Assembly (NCBI GenBank): GCA_963726245.1
Contig: CAVSBT010000016.1
Location: forward strand, 32,001-96,000
Reading direction: 5' to 3'
DNA length: 64,000 bases
DNA from: an uncultured Chloroflexia bacterium
GTDB lineage: Bacteria > Chloroflexota > Dehalococcoidia > DSTF01 > JALHUB01
Made by a program: the position numbers and the translations under genes. The notes under the pieces were generated by a model that was not told where the DNA came from, searched no databases, and worked only from the letters and a program-made list of their open reading frames with translations. Shown here piece by piece: positions 1 to 9,812 of the stretch (position 1 is the stretch's first letter; each line of letters opens with the position of its first letter).

Positions 1-605
1 CCGGCCGCACCGGCGAGATCAAGGACGTCGCCGACGGCTTCGCCCGCAACTTCCTCCTGCCTCGACGCCTGGCAGCGCCGGCTACCGCCGACGCCGTTAG
101 GCGAGCCGAGGCCATCGCCACCGCCGAGGCGCGCCGCCAGGCGGAGCTGGACGAGCAAGCCCGCATCCTGGCCGGAAAGATGTCGGTGCCCATGGTCATC
201 GCCGTGCGCGCCGGCGAGCAGGGGCGACTCTATGGCTCCGTCACGGCCGCCGACATCGCCGCAGAGGCGTCGAAGCTGGCCGGCCAGGAAATGGACCGCC
301 ACCTGCTCGTGCTCGACGAGCCAATCAAGGAGGTGGGCGTCTACGAGATCCCCTTGCGCCTCACAGCCAACGTCTCGGCTGCGTTGATGGTCGAGGTGGT
401 GGCAGAGGGCGTCGCCGAGGAGGCAAAGGAAGAGGAGGCCCCGAAACCTCACCGGAAGACGAAGAAGGAGCGCGAGCAAGAGGAAGCGGCTTCGCCGGCG
501 CCAGCCGAGGCGGTGCAAGAGGAGCCGGTGCCGGAGTCGGCGCAGGAACAGCCCGAGGCAGAGGCGGCCGTGGAGCAGGAGCCGGTCGAGGAAGACATCC
601 CGTAG
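1..605 (+). CDS. rplI: 50S ribosomal protein L9 (5'-truncated by window) with acidic C-terminal extension
   Basis: Frame from nt 3 reads GRTGEIKDVADGFARNFLLP, continuing in frame into GRLYGSVTAADIA...PIKEVGVYEI, then an E/A/P-rich tail. Confidence 0.95.
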   Translation, partial: GRTGEIKDVADGFARNFLLPRRLAAPATADAVRRAEAIATAEARRQAELDEQARILAGKMSVPMVIAVRAGEQGRLYGSVTAADIAAEASKLAGQEMDRHLLVLDEPIKEVGVYEIPLRLTANVSAALMVEVVAEGVAEEAKEEEAPKPHRKTKKEREQEEAASPAPAEAVQEEPVPESAQEQPEAEAAVEQEPVEEDIP

Positions 606-646
606 CGGCCGAGCCTGTGGTCATCAACGAATTGTTGACGGGAGAT

Positions 647-675
647 GTAGGGGCAGGGCCCCGTCCCTGCCCTAC
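647..675. repeat. GTAG-type REP-like palindrome
   Basis: GTAGGGGCAGGG-CCCCGT-CCCTGCCCTAC inverted repeat in an intergenic region. Confidence 0.6.
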
Positions 676-695
676 GGGCCGGTTGAGGAGGAGTC

Positions 696-893
696 ATGCC
701 GGAGATCGATGAGCAGGTAGAGGCTCTGCACGCGGCGGAGAAAGAGCTGAAGGCCGCCCAAACGGCCGAGGAGATCCGCACGGTCTGGCGCAAGTACTAC
801 CTGACGGTAGGCCATCGCAAGCTGGGCCGCCTGCTGATTGGCAGGACGGCCGACCAGATCCTGGCCGGTCGCGAGAAGGAGGTCCGATCGTGA
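696..893 (+). CDS. small hypothetical protein (65 aa)
   Basis: Strong RBS GAGGAGGAG before ATG, host-like codon usage, fills the gap between rplI and dnaB. Confidence 0.75.
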   Translation: MPEIDEQVEALHAAEKELKAAQTAEEIRTVWRKYYLTVGHRKLGRLLIGRTADQILAGREKEVRS

Positions 894-948
894 GTCAGCA
901 CCGGCAGGCAGGCCTGCCTGTGCCGCGTCAGGCAGGGAGTAGCCAGGA

Positions 949-2325
949 TTGGTCGCTGAGAAGCTACCACCGCACGATGTGGAGGCCGAGGAGGCCGTCG
1001 TCGCCTCTGTCCTGGTCGATACTGAGGCCATCTACCGCGTCGCGCCCATCCTGAAGCCCGAGGACTTCTTCCGCGAGAAGAACGCTTGGGCCTTCGAAGC
1101 CTGCCTTGCCCTCTTCGACCGCAACGAGGCCATCAACCAGGTAACGGTGGCCCACGAGCTGGCCCGTCGCGAGCGGCTGGATGACCTGGGAGGCGCCGCC
1201 TACCTCAGCCGCCTGGTCGCCGAGCTGCCGACCGCCGTCGGCGTCGAGCACTACGCCCAGATCGTCAAGCGCGATGCTATCTACCGCCTGCTCGTTCAGC
1301 GCTCGGCGCAGATCGCTCAGATGGCCTACCAGGGAGGCCCCGACCTGGAAGCCGCCCTATCTCGGGCCGAAGGCCTCATCCTCACCCTCCGCGGCGGCGA
1401 GCGCCTGCGCGACTTCGTCCACATCCGTGAGATCCTGGACGAGTACTGGGAGCAGGCCGGCTCCGAGGCCCAGGGTCCTCGCTTTCAGGGTCACGTGCGC
1501 AGCGGCTTTGTTGACCTGGACACCCTGCTCGGCGGCCTCAAGCGCTCCGACCTCATCATCCTGGCGGCGAGGCCCAGCCTGGGCAAGACCAGCCTCGGCC
1601 TCAACATCGCCCGCAACGCCGCCGTCGGCCAGGGGGCGCGCGTCGCCATCTTCAGCCTGGAGATGGCCGCCGAGCAGCTCGCCCAGCGCCTGCTGGCCAG
1701 CGAGTCCGACGTGGACTCCACGCGCCTGCGCCTGGGCGAGCACACGGAGCGCGAGGAGCGCCGCCTCATGCACGCGCTGGGCACTCTGGCCGGGGCGGAG
1801 ATCTACGTCGACGACACGCCCGTCCTGAGCATGATGGAGATCCGGGGCAAGGCCCTCCGCCTGCACCGGGAGAAAGGCCTTGACTTCGTCTTCATCGACT
1901 ACCTGCAGCTTCTCCATGGCGGCGGTCGTGGCGACAACCGCGTGCAGGAGATCAGCTACATCTCCCGCTCCCTGAAGGAGCTGGCCCGCGAGCTGGACGT
2001 GCCCGTCATCGCCGCCTCCCAGCTCTCGCGCGCCCCAGAGATGCGCACTCCCCACATCCCACAGCTCAGCGACCTGCGGGAGAGCGGCAGCATCGAGCAG
2101 GACGCCGACGTCGTCGCGTTCATCTACCGCGAGGACGTCTACATAGCCCGGGAGCAGTGGCAGGCCAGCCACCCCGAGGCCTCGGGCGATACCTATCCGG
2201 CGGGCATCGCCCAGATCATCGTCGCCAAGCACCGCAACGGGCCCACCGGGACCGTGCACCTGCGCTTTCGCCAGCGCATCGCCAAGTTCGAGGACCTGCT
2301 GGTGCGGGAGGAGGAGGCGGTGTGA
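949..2325 (+). CDS. dnaB: replicative DNA helicase DnaB
   Basis: LPPHDVEAEEAV N-terminus, Walker A AARPSLGKT, IDYLQL, SDLRESGSIEQDAD, KHRNGPTG. Confidence 0.98.
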   Translation: MVAEKLPPHDVEAEEAVVASVLVDTEAIYRVAPILKPEDFFREKNAWAFEACLALFDRNEAINQVTVAHELARRERLDDLGGAAYLSRLVAELPTAVGVEHYAQIVKRDAIYRLLVQRSAQIAQMAYQGGPDLEAALSRAEGLILTLRGGERLRDFVHIREILDEYWEQAGSEAQGPRFQGHVRSGFVDLDTLLGGLKRSDLIILAARPSLGKTSLGLNIARNAAVGQGARVAIFSLEMAAEQLAQRLLASESDVDSTRLRLGEHTEREERRLMHALGTLAGAEIYVDDTPVLSMMEIRGKALRLHREKGLDFVFIDYLQLLHGGGRGDNRVQEISYISRSLKELARELDVPVIAASQLSRAPEMRTPHIPQLSDLRESGSIEQDADVVAFIYREDVYIAREQWQASHPEASGDTYPAGIAQIIVAKHRNGPTGTVHLRFRQRIAKFEDLLVREEEAV

Positions 2326-3083
2326 GCGAAGCCCCTTTCGCCGGCTTCCCGCCGGGGGCCCGGGAGACGCCCGTCCCCAGCGCATTCTTCACGCGCCTGC
2401 TGCCGCGGCTGACCGACGCGGTGGAGCTGGGGCTGGCGCTCTACGTCTTCTACCTGCTGCAGCGCAAGAAGGGCTAGCCTCGCTTCCTCACCCGCGATGA
2501 GCTGGCCGCCGAGGGCGACCTGGCCCTCTTCCTGGAGCGGGCTTCCGGCGATGCTGCCCAGCCCGCTGACAGCGCCGCCACTCGGTCCGGCAGGCGCCGG
2601 GCCGCCCTGGAGAAGGGGCTGGAGGCACTGGTTCAGGCCGGCTTCCTGCTGGCGGTGCCGGTGGAGGGGCCCAAGGACGGGCAGGCGCTCTACTTCTTGA
2701 ATTCCGCCACCGACCGCCGGGCGGCCGATCGCCTCCGTCGCGGCGAGCTGAAGGTCGGACCCTGGCAACCGCTGCCGGAGGCGGAGCCGGCGGAGCCCTC
2801 GCGCAGCATCTATGCCCTCTACGAGGAGAACATCGGGCTCCTCACGCCTCTGGTGGCCGACGAGCTCCGGGAGGCGGAGGAGCTCTACCCGCAGGAGTGG
2901 CTGCGCCCCGCCTTCGAGACGGCGGCCGCCCTCAACAAGAGGAGCTGGCGCTACGTGGCCGCCATCCTGAAACGCTGGGCGGTGGAAGGACCCGACTATG
3001 CGCAGGCTGGAAGAGATACTGAAGCAGGAGCTGGGCGCCCGGGCCAGTTCTCCGGACGATACCGGGGCCTGGTCCGGCGCTGA
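2322..3083 (+). CDS. DnaD-domain replication protein, interrupted by an in-frame TAG at 2475-2477
   Basis: GTG overlaps the dnaB stop; reads ...LLQRKKG*PRFLT... in one frame into the DnaD domain IYALYEENIGLLTP...SWRYVAAILKRW. Confidence 0.8.
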
Positions 3084-4477
3084 CGGCGACGAGCCCGCCT
3101 GTCCTCTCTGCGGCGGCGCCGGCTTCGTCCGGGCGCCGGTAAGCCTCGGCCACCCCGACTTCGGGAAGGCCCTGCCCTGCCGCTGCATCGTCGAGGAGAG
3201 CGAGGAGCAGCGCTCCGCCCGCCTGCGCCGCTATAGCAACCTGGGCCCCCTCGCCCGCCTAACCTTCGACAACCTCATCGCAGCGGGCCGCAGCAGCAAC
3301 CCCCGCGACCAGGAGGTCTTCGCCCTTTGCGTGGCCGCGGCCCGTGAGTTCGCGGAGGAGCCTCGTGGCTGGCTGGTGCTGCTGGGGCCCAGCGGCTGTG
3401 GCAAGACCCACGTCGCCGCCGCCATTGCCAACGGCTGCATCCAGCAGGGGCGTCCCGCCCTCTTCGTCGTCGCCCCCGACCTCCTGGATCACCTGCGGGC
3501 CTCCTACAGCCCGGCACGCCCGCCCGCCTCCGCTGCCGGCGGAGCCGCCTTTGCTGCGGGACAGCCCGGAGGCGACGGCCCGCCCGGCGAGGAGCTGTCC
3601 TACGACCAGTTCTTCGAGCAGGTCCGCAATACCCCGGTCCTGGTGCTCGATGACCTGGGGGCCCAGAGCGCCACGCCCTGGGCCCAGGAGAAGCTCTTCC
3701 AGCTCATCAACCACCGCTTCAACAGCCAGGCGCCCACGGTGGTGACGACGTCGCTGGAGATGGAGCACCTGGACGAACGGATGGCCAGCCGCCTCGGCGA
3801 CCCCTCCCTTTCCCGCGTGTTTCGCCTGGGGGCGGGCCGCGCGCCAAGGCCGGGGTCGGCGCCAACCCTCTCGCTTCCCCTCCTGCGGGACATGACCTTC
3901 GAGAACTTCGACCTTAGAAGCCTCTCGCTGCCGCCGGAGAAGACCCGCAACCTGCGCGACGCCTTCACCGCCGCCCGCAACTATGCCCGCGACCCGGAGG
4001 GCTGGCTGGTCCTGCTGGGCGGCACGGGCTCCGGCAAGACGCACCTGGCGGCGGCCATCGCCCACGAGTGGCAGGCGGCGGGCCGCCGCTTTGAGCTCTT
4101 CTTCGTGCCGGACCTGCTGGACACCTTGCGGGCGGCATATGGCCAGGAGGAGGACGTGCCCGCCTCCACCGCCGAGCGCCTCCGCACCTGCGACCACCTG
4201 ATCCTCGATGACCTGGGGGTGCATGGCTCCACGCCCTGGGCCCAGGAGAAGCTCTTCCAGATCCTGAACTACCGCTACAACGCCAAGCTGCCCACGGTCA
4301 TGACCATACGGGGCAAGCTGGAGGATCATCCCGGATTCGTGGGCATCGCGCATGTGCGACGCCAAGGTGAGCCTGACCTTCGAGATGCAGGCGCCGGACT
4401 ACCGGGGCCTACCGCGCCGCCGGCAGGACGAGGGCGGAGAGGGCACGGGCCGCCGTCGAGGCAAGAGCAGGGGCTAG
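2998..4477 (+). CDS. DnaC/IstB-like helicase-loader ATPase with N-terminal Zn motif and two tandem AAA+ modules (frameshift about 4327)
   Basis: CPLCGG...PCRC; Walker A GPSGCGKT and GGTGSGKT; two LDDLG and WAQEKLFQ motifs; the shifted frame continues [10 protein letters not shown]...APDYRG to TAG at 4477. Confidence 0.85.
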
Positions 4478-5046
4478 CCGCGACTTCGGCGGCGGCGCTC
4501 CTTGAGGGCCAGCCAGTCGCGCAGCGCCCAGCGCGTGGTCTCGAAGGCCAGCTCCTCCCAGGGGATCTCCTCGGGTCGAAACCAGGCCGCCTCCAGGCAC
4601 TCCCGTCCCGGCTTGGGCGTGGCTCGCCCGACCCGCGCGCGGAAGACCACCACCAGTATGCCCGGTCCTTCGCTTGGAACGGGTCCGCCCCTGGTGGCGG
4701 GCCGGGAGTAGACGCCCAGCAGAGGCCCCAGGGTCAGCGACAGACCCAGCTCCTCCTCCGTCTCGCGCAGGGCGGCTTCCTCCGCTGTTTCGTCCACCTC
4801 CATGAAGCCGCCGGGGAACGTCCAGGCCCCATACCGGGGCTCGATGGCGCGGCGCATCAGAAGGACGCGCCCCGCTCGCTCCGGGATGGCGCCGACCACC
4901 ACCTTAGGGTTGATGTAGTGGATGAAGCCGCAGCGGCTGCAGACCAGTCGCAACCGCTCGTCGCCTTCCGGCAGACGCTCGCGGAGCTGGCTGCCGCACT
5001 GGTGACAGAAGCGTGGTGCCTTCAGAGTTTCCAGAGATATAGCCAT
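4474..5046 (-). CDS. NUDIX hydrolase with N-terminal Zn ribbon
   Basis: FCHQCG...[13 protein letters not shown]; Nudix box [24 protein letters not shown]. Confidence 0.9.
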   Translation of the reverse strand: MAISLETLKAPRFCHQCGSQLRERLPEGDERLRLVCSRCGFIHYINPKVVVGAIPERAGRVLLMRRAIEPRYGAWTFPGGFMEVDETAEEAALRETEEELGLSLTLGPLLGVYSRPATRGGPVPSEGPGILVVVFRARVGRATPKPGRECLEAAWFRPEEIPWEELAFETTRWALRDWLALKERRRRSRG

Positions 5047-5083
5047 TCGAATGAGAACCTCGCCAAAATAACCGGCAAATCGC

Positions 5084-5113
5084 TTGATTTCTTCCTCAGG
5101 ACTGGCCTATACT
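5084..5113 (+). promoter_or_regulatory. putative sigma70 promoter of the Zn-ribbon gene
   Basis: TTGATT-18 nt-TATACT. Confidence 0.5.
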
Positions 5114-5303
5114 TCCGGCCGTGGTCTGCTCGTAACTTGCACGTATCTTCACCACCAGCGGCATTCTGCTGGTCATCCTCCGGACCTTCTCGAGTTGGCA
5201 GGCCACTCGCCGGCGAACGTCCGCGTCGGTCGCTGGCGCTGCCCGCTTCCCCGCCGGGCGGACCCTCTGAGAGACGCGAGACCTGCCAAGGGGGACACCG
5301 GAA

Positions 5304-5597
5304 TTGGCCCTGGAAGATAAGTCGATAGTCTGTCGTGATTGTGGGGTGGAGTTCATCTTTACTGCTGGAGAGCAGGGCTTCTACCTGGAGAAGGGCCTGC
5401 TCAACGAGCCTCAGCGCTGTCCCGGCTGTAGGACGACGCGTCGACGGGAGCGGTCGGTGGGCAGCAGCCGGGAGATGACCAGCGTCGCCTGCGCCATGTG
5501 TGGCGGCGAGGCGGTTGTGCCCTTTGTCCCCAGACTGGAGCGGCCCGTCTACTGTAGCTCCTGCTTCGAGAAAGTGAGGGCCGGCGTCGCCAGCTAG
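5304..5597 (+). CDS. zinc-ribbon / CxxC-x17-CxxC domain protein
   Basis: DKSIVCRDCGVEFIFTAGEQGFY...PQRCPGCR; CAMCG...VPFVP..ERPVYCSSCF. Confidence 0.9.
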   Translation: MALEDKSIVCRDCGVEFIFTAGEQGFYLEKGLLNEPQRCPGCRTTRRRERSVGSSREMTSVACAMCGGEAVVPFVPRLERPVYCSSCFEKVRAGVAS

Positions 5598-5644
5598 AGC
5601 AATCTTCCTCCAATCATCATCCCGAGGGCCGCTCGCAGCGGCCC

Positions 5645-6424
5645 TCATCTCTTCCCCCGCGCTCCGGCTTTTCCGGAGGCGACCCTGGCCGGCCTGCTTG
5701 ACGGACGGGCAGGCCGGGTCGAGCCGGAGTCGCCGGGCACGGACACCGGGCGGCCTTCCGCCCAGCTCTCGCCTCCCTCCCACACTTCTTTCTTCCAGAC
5801 GGGAACTATCTCCTTGATCCGGTCGACGGCGTAGTGGCAGGCCTCGAATGCCTCTCGCCGGTGGGGAGCGGAGACTGCGACCAGCAGGCTCGTCTCGCCA
5901 ACCTCCAAACGGCCGGTGCGATGGCTGATCGCCATGTCCGTGATCCCCCAGCGCGAGCGCGCCTCCTCGGCCACCTGTCGCATCTTCTTGACGGCCATGG
6001 AGGGGTAAGCATCGTACTCCAGGCGGAGGACGCGCCGGCCCTGGCTGTGGTTGCGGACCACCCCGTAGAAAAGGGCAACGGCCCCACTCTCGTCGCGGCG
6101 TACCAGGTCCACCAGCTCCGCCGCGGCGGACGGGTCCAGGGGTTCCCGCGTCACTTGAAATCGCTCCGCCTCGGCGGAGGAGCCGCCGCTGATTGGCGGT
6201 ATAAGGGCTACCTCGTCGCCGGGCCGGAGGTGACGGTCGTTGGACACGTATTCCTCGTCGACGGCGCAGACGAGCGCGTTCATGAGCGGCTCGACAGCCG
6301 GGTACTGGCTGACGAGCTGCCGGCGCAGGTCGCCCACCGTGGCCCCGTCTGCCAGCTCCATCTCCAGCTCGCGGCGTCCCACAAGGTCGTGGAGGCCTGC
6401 GAACAGCCTGACGGAAACCTTCAT
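5645..6424 (-). CDS. moaE: molybdopterin synthase MoaD-MoaE fusion
   Basis: MKVSVRLFA...DEVALIPPISGG (MoaD) fused to GAVALFYGVVRN...HRREAFEAC...IKEIVPVWKKE (MoaE). Confidence 0.92.
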   Translation of the reverse strand: MKVSVRLFAGLHDLVGRRELEMELADGATVGDLRRQLVSQYPAVEPLMNALVCAVDEEYVSNDRHLRPGDEVALIPPISGGSSAEAERFQVTREPLDPSAAAELVDLVRRDESGAVALFYGVVRNHSQGRRVLRLEYDAYPSMAVKKMRQVAEEARSRWGITDMAISHRTGRLEVGETSLLVAVSAPHRREAFEACHYAVDRIKEIVPVWKKEVWEGGESWAEGRPVSVPGDSGSTRPARPSSRPARVASGKAGARGKR

Positions 6425-6654
6425 TGCCCTCTCTTTGGAAGCGTTCATGCTCGACCAGGCGATGTGTATCCAGTATAACGCAGCGATGTCACTAGATCGC
6501 TCCCATCGCTGCGTGACGGCCTTCCGACCAGGGAGTATACTGCGGGCTGTCCCCTGCCTGCCGACCGCCAGGCCACGTGGGCCGTCTACCACTGGGCAGG
6601 CAGCGGCGAGGTCTGGCTCCTTGTTCCCGGTTCCTAGTTCCTGAGGGAGTTGAC

Positions 6655-7374
6655 GTGGCCGCGCCCGCCGTTCTCTCGAATCTCGGGCGGGTCGCCCTGG
6701 ACCTGCTCTTCCCGCCGCGCTGCGTCCTCTGCGGGCGCCACGGCGCCGCCCTCTGCGACGCCTGCACGGGCGCCCTTCCGCGCGCCGATCCGCCTCGCTG
6801 CCCTCGTTGCTGGTCGCCGCAGCGTCCGGGATCGGGTTGCCGCCGCTGCGACGAGTCCGCCTCTGGCGGACCGGCCCTGGCAGGCCTGCGCTCCCCCTAC
6901 GTGTTCCAGGGGGGCGCCCGCGAGCTCGTCCATGCCCTCAAGTATCACTACCACTCCGCCCTCGCCTCGCCCATGGGCGAGCTCATGGCTCGCTATCTGC
7001 GGGGCGACTCCTTGCCGGCCGACGTGCTGGCGCCGGTGCCGCTGCACCCCCACCGGCAGCGCGCCAGGGGGTACAACCAGTCGTTCCTGCTGGCGCGGGA
7101 GGTCTCGCGCCGCCTGGACCTGCCCCTGGCCGCCGCAGCCCTGGTCCGTCGCAATGACACGCCGCCGCAGGCCAGAGCGTCGGAGGCCGACGCCCGCCGC
7201 CGAAACGTGGCCGGCGCCTTCGATTGCCGGCCGGGGGCCGTGGACGGCCGTCGGGTGCTGCTCGTGGACGATGTGACCACCACCGGCGCCACCCTCGACG
7301 CCTGCGCCCGCGCCCTCCTGGCGAAGGGCGGCGCTTCGTCCGTCTGGGCCCTCACCTTCGCTCGGGAGGACTGA
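6655..7374 (+). CDS. comF: ComF family amidophosphoribosyltransferase-like protein
   Basis: LDLLFPPRCVLCG double Zn ribbon; RGYNQS; LLVDDVTTTGATL. Confidence 0.9.
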   Translation: MAAPAVLSNLGRVALDLLFPPRCVLCGRHGAALCDACTGALPRADPPRCPRCWSPQRPGSGCRRCDESASGGPALAGLRSPYVFQGGARELVHALKYHYHSALASPMGELMARYLRGDSLPADVLAPVPLHPHRQRARGYNQSFLLAREVSRRLDLPLAAAALVRRNDTPPQARASEADARRRNVAGAFDCRPGAVDGRRVLLVDDVTTTGATLDACARALLAKGGASSVWALTFARED

Positions 7375-7378
7375 GCCG

Positions 7379-8512
7379 GTGGCGCTGGACCCGCGACCCG
7401 TGCTGGTGGCCTTCCTGGGCGGCATGGGCGGCTCCCCGGCAGAGGAGATGCTGGCGGAGGCCCTGCGGGCGGCAGCGCTCGACAGCCTGGAGGAGGCGCT
7501 AGGGACGGGCGCCTTCGCGGACGCGTTCCTGGCCACCGACGCCCCCGATCGCCTGGGATGTCTGCCCGCCGGCGTCACCGTCGACGCGGACCGCGGCCCC
7601 TTCCACTTCGGGCGGCGGCTGGCGGGGCTCATCGAGCAGCATCACATCGAGAGCATTGTCTACTTCGGGGCAGGCAGCGTCCCTCTCCTGCGGGGCTCTG
7701 ACTTCGCCGCCATCGCCTCCGGCCTGGGGGCGGCGACAGGCGTCGTGATCAGCAACAACTTCTACTCCGGCGACCTCATCGCCTTCCGGCCCGCCTCGGC
7801 GCTGCTCGGCGTGGAGCCGCCGGCGTCCGACAATGCTTTGCCGCGCCTGCTACGCGACCAGGCGGGGCTGGAGAGCCAGCCGCTGCCCCGCAGCACCGCC
7901 ACGCAGTTCAACATAGACTCGCCGGCGGACCTGGCGGCGCTGGCCCTGCACGGCGGCGGAGGCCCCCGCCTGTCCTGCCTCCTGAGCTCTCTGGAGCTGG
8001 AGATGCCGGCCTACCGGCGCTGTCTTCCTCTGCTGACCGATCCAGCGGCGGAGGTGCTGGTGGCGGGACGGGTCGGAAGCCAGGTCTGGCAGTACCTGGA
8101 GCGGGAGACGGCCTGCCGGGTTCGCGTCTTCTCTGAAGAGAGGGGGATGATGGCGGGGCAACGCGCGCTTGCCGGCGTCGGACGGGGCGCCCGCTCTCTC
8201 CTCGCCTACCACCTCCTGGCAGTAGGCCTGCCGCGCTTCTTCGAGGAACTGGCCACGCTGAGCGACGCCGCCTTCATCGATACGCGCGTGCTGCTGGCCC
8301 ACCTGGGGCTACACCCCTCGCGGTCCGATCGCTTCCTCTCGGACCTGGGGCGTGCCGGCGAGATCGAGGACGCCTTCCTGCGCGAGTTCACGCAGGCGGC
8401 CGCCGAGGCGACCATCCCCGTGATGCTGGGCGGCCACTCGCTGGTCGCCGGCAGCCTCATGGCCCTGATCGAGGTCGCCTGGAGGGAGCACGACAGGGCC
8501 AATTCGCCTTGA
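7379..8512 (+). CDS. conserved hypothetical protein with a CofC/nucleotidyltransferase-like N-terminal half
   Basis: Long host-codon ORF coupled to comF; FNIDSPADL resembles the DIDTPxDL motif. Confidence 0.65.
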   Translation: MALDPRPVLVAFLGGMGGSPAEEMLAEALRAAALDSLEEALGTGAFADAFLATDAPDRLGCLPAGVTVDADRGPFHFGRRLAGLIEQHHIESIVYFGAGSVPLLRGSDFAAIASGLGAATGVVISNNFYSGDLIAFRPASALLGVEPPASDNALPRLLRDQAGLESQPLPRSTATQFNIDSPADLAALALHGGGGPRLSCLLSSLELEMPAYRRCLPLLTDPAAEVLVAGRVGSQVWQYLERETACRVRVFSEERGMMAGQRALAGVGRGARSLLAYHLLAVGLPRFFEELATLSDAAFIDTRVLLAHLGLHPSRSDRFLSDLGRAGEIEDAFLREFTQAAAEATIPVMLGGHSLVAGSLMALIEVAWREHDRANSP

Positions 8513-8538
8513 CGCTCTAGCTTCTTCCGCCTTACAAT
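8509..8538 (+). promoter_or_regulatory. sigma70 promoter of the SAM operon
   Basis: TTGACG-18 nt-TACAAT directly upstream of the riboswitch. Confidence 0.7.
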
Positions 8539-8564
8539 AAGTTAACAACTGAATACGACAAACG

Positions 8565-8699
8565 CTCTTATCCAGAGTGGTGGAGGGACCGGCCCGAAGA
8601 AGCCCGGCAACCAGGCGCGGCAGGGACCGCAATCGGCACCCCTGAGCCCGCCCAGGTGCCAAGTCCGACCCTCGCCCGGTGGCGAGGGAGAGATGAGAG
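8565..8699 (+). promoter_or_regulatory. SAM-I (S-box) riboswitch
   Basis: CTCTTATCCAGAGTGGTGGAGGGACCGGCCCGAAGAAGCCCGGCAACC...GGTGCCAAGTCC...GATGAGAG consensus, upstream of methionine-salvage genes. Confidence 0.95.
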
Positions 8700-8710
8700 T
8701 AGGTTCGGAG

Positions 8711-8741
8711 AACTTCTCAACACCACGAGAAGTTTTTTGTT
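8711..8741 (+). terminator. riboswitch expression-platform intrinsic terminator
   Basis: AACTTCTC-loop-GAGAAGTT followed by TTTTGTT. Confidence 0.8.
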
Positions 8742-8758
8742 GCCCTGAAAGGCTACCT

Positions 8759-9812
8759 TTGGAGATCATCGCCTGGAATGACGGCAAGGTCCGCCTCCTC
8801 GACCAGACTCGACTGCCCGAGGAGGAGGCCTACCTGGAGATAGGGGACGTCACCGACCTGGCGGCGGCGATCCGCGAGATGCGCATCCGCGGCGCCCCCG
8901 CCCTGGGGGTGGCTGCCGCCTACGGCCTGGCCCTGGCCGCCGCCGCCGGCCCCGCGACCAGCTTCGACGGCCTCCTGGAAGACCTGCGCCGGGCGGCCGA
9001 GGTTCTGGCCGCCACCCGCCCGACTGCCGTGAACCTGAACTGGGCGCTGCGTCGCGTCCTCGCCGCCGCCGAGGCGGCGGCGGACGTCGAAGCCGCTCGA
9101 CAGGCGGTGCTCGCAGAGGCCCGCCGGATCCACCAGGAGGGTCTGGAGGCCGACCGGCGCCTCTCCGAGCTGGGCGCTGACCTCATCCCTGACGGCGCCG
9201 CCGTCCTCACTCACTGCAATACCGGCGCCCTGGCCACGGCCGGCTACGGCACGGCCCTGGGCGTCCTGCGCGCCGCCCACGAGCAGGGCAAGCGCATCCA
9301 TGTCTACGCGACGGAGACCAGACCGCTGCTCCAGGGCGCGCGCCTGACGACCTGGGAGCTGCGGCGGGCCGGCATCCCGGCGACGCTCATCGTCGATAGC
9401 GCGGCCGGCGGGCTGATGCGCCGTGGCCTCGTGGCCTGCGTCATTGTCGGCGCGGACCGCATCGCGGCCAGCGGCGACGTGGCCAACAAGGTGGGCACCT
9501 ACGGCCTGGCGGTCCTCGCTCACGAGAACGGCCTGCCCTTCTACGTGGCGGCGCCCTTCAGCACCGTCGACCTCTCGCTGGCTGACGGCGACGACATCCC
9601 CATCGAGGAGCGGGCGCTCTGAAGAGGTCACGACCTTCGCTGGCCGGCGTGTCGCGGCGGAGGGCGTCGAGGTCGCCAACCCCGCCTTCGACGTGACGCC
9701 GCATCGCTACGTGACGGCCATCATCACCGAGCGGGGGATTGCCCGGGAGCCATATCGAGAAGCGCTGGAGCGGCTGGATGAGCGAGTTCCCACAGGAAAA
9801 CACAACCCATGA
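8759..9812 (+). CDS. mtnA: S-methyl-5-thioribose-1-phosphate isomerase (frameshift about 9618)
   Basis: [51 protein letters not shown]; continues in another frame EEVTT...NPAFDVTP. Confidence 0.95.

Noticed and set aside
2475-2477. Genome-wide TAG reassignment
   Set aside because: TAG terminates many conserved genes at their expected ends (rpsI, rpsJ, rpmJ, infA, etfA).
2998-5328. 776-aa ATPase ORF, or an IS21 IstB element
   Set aside because: The extension beyond about 4330 is frameshift read-through antisense to the NUDIX gene. There is no IstA or terminal inverted repeat, and the context is dnaB-DnaD.
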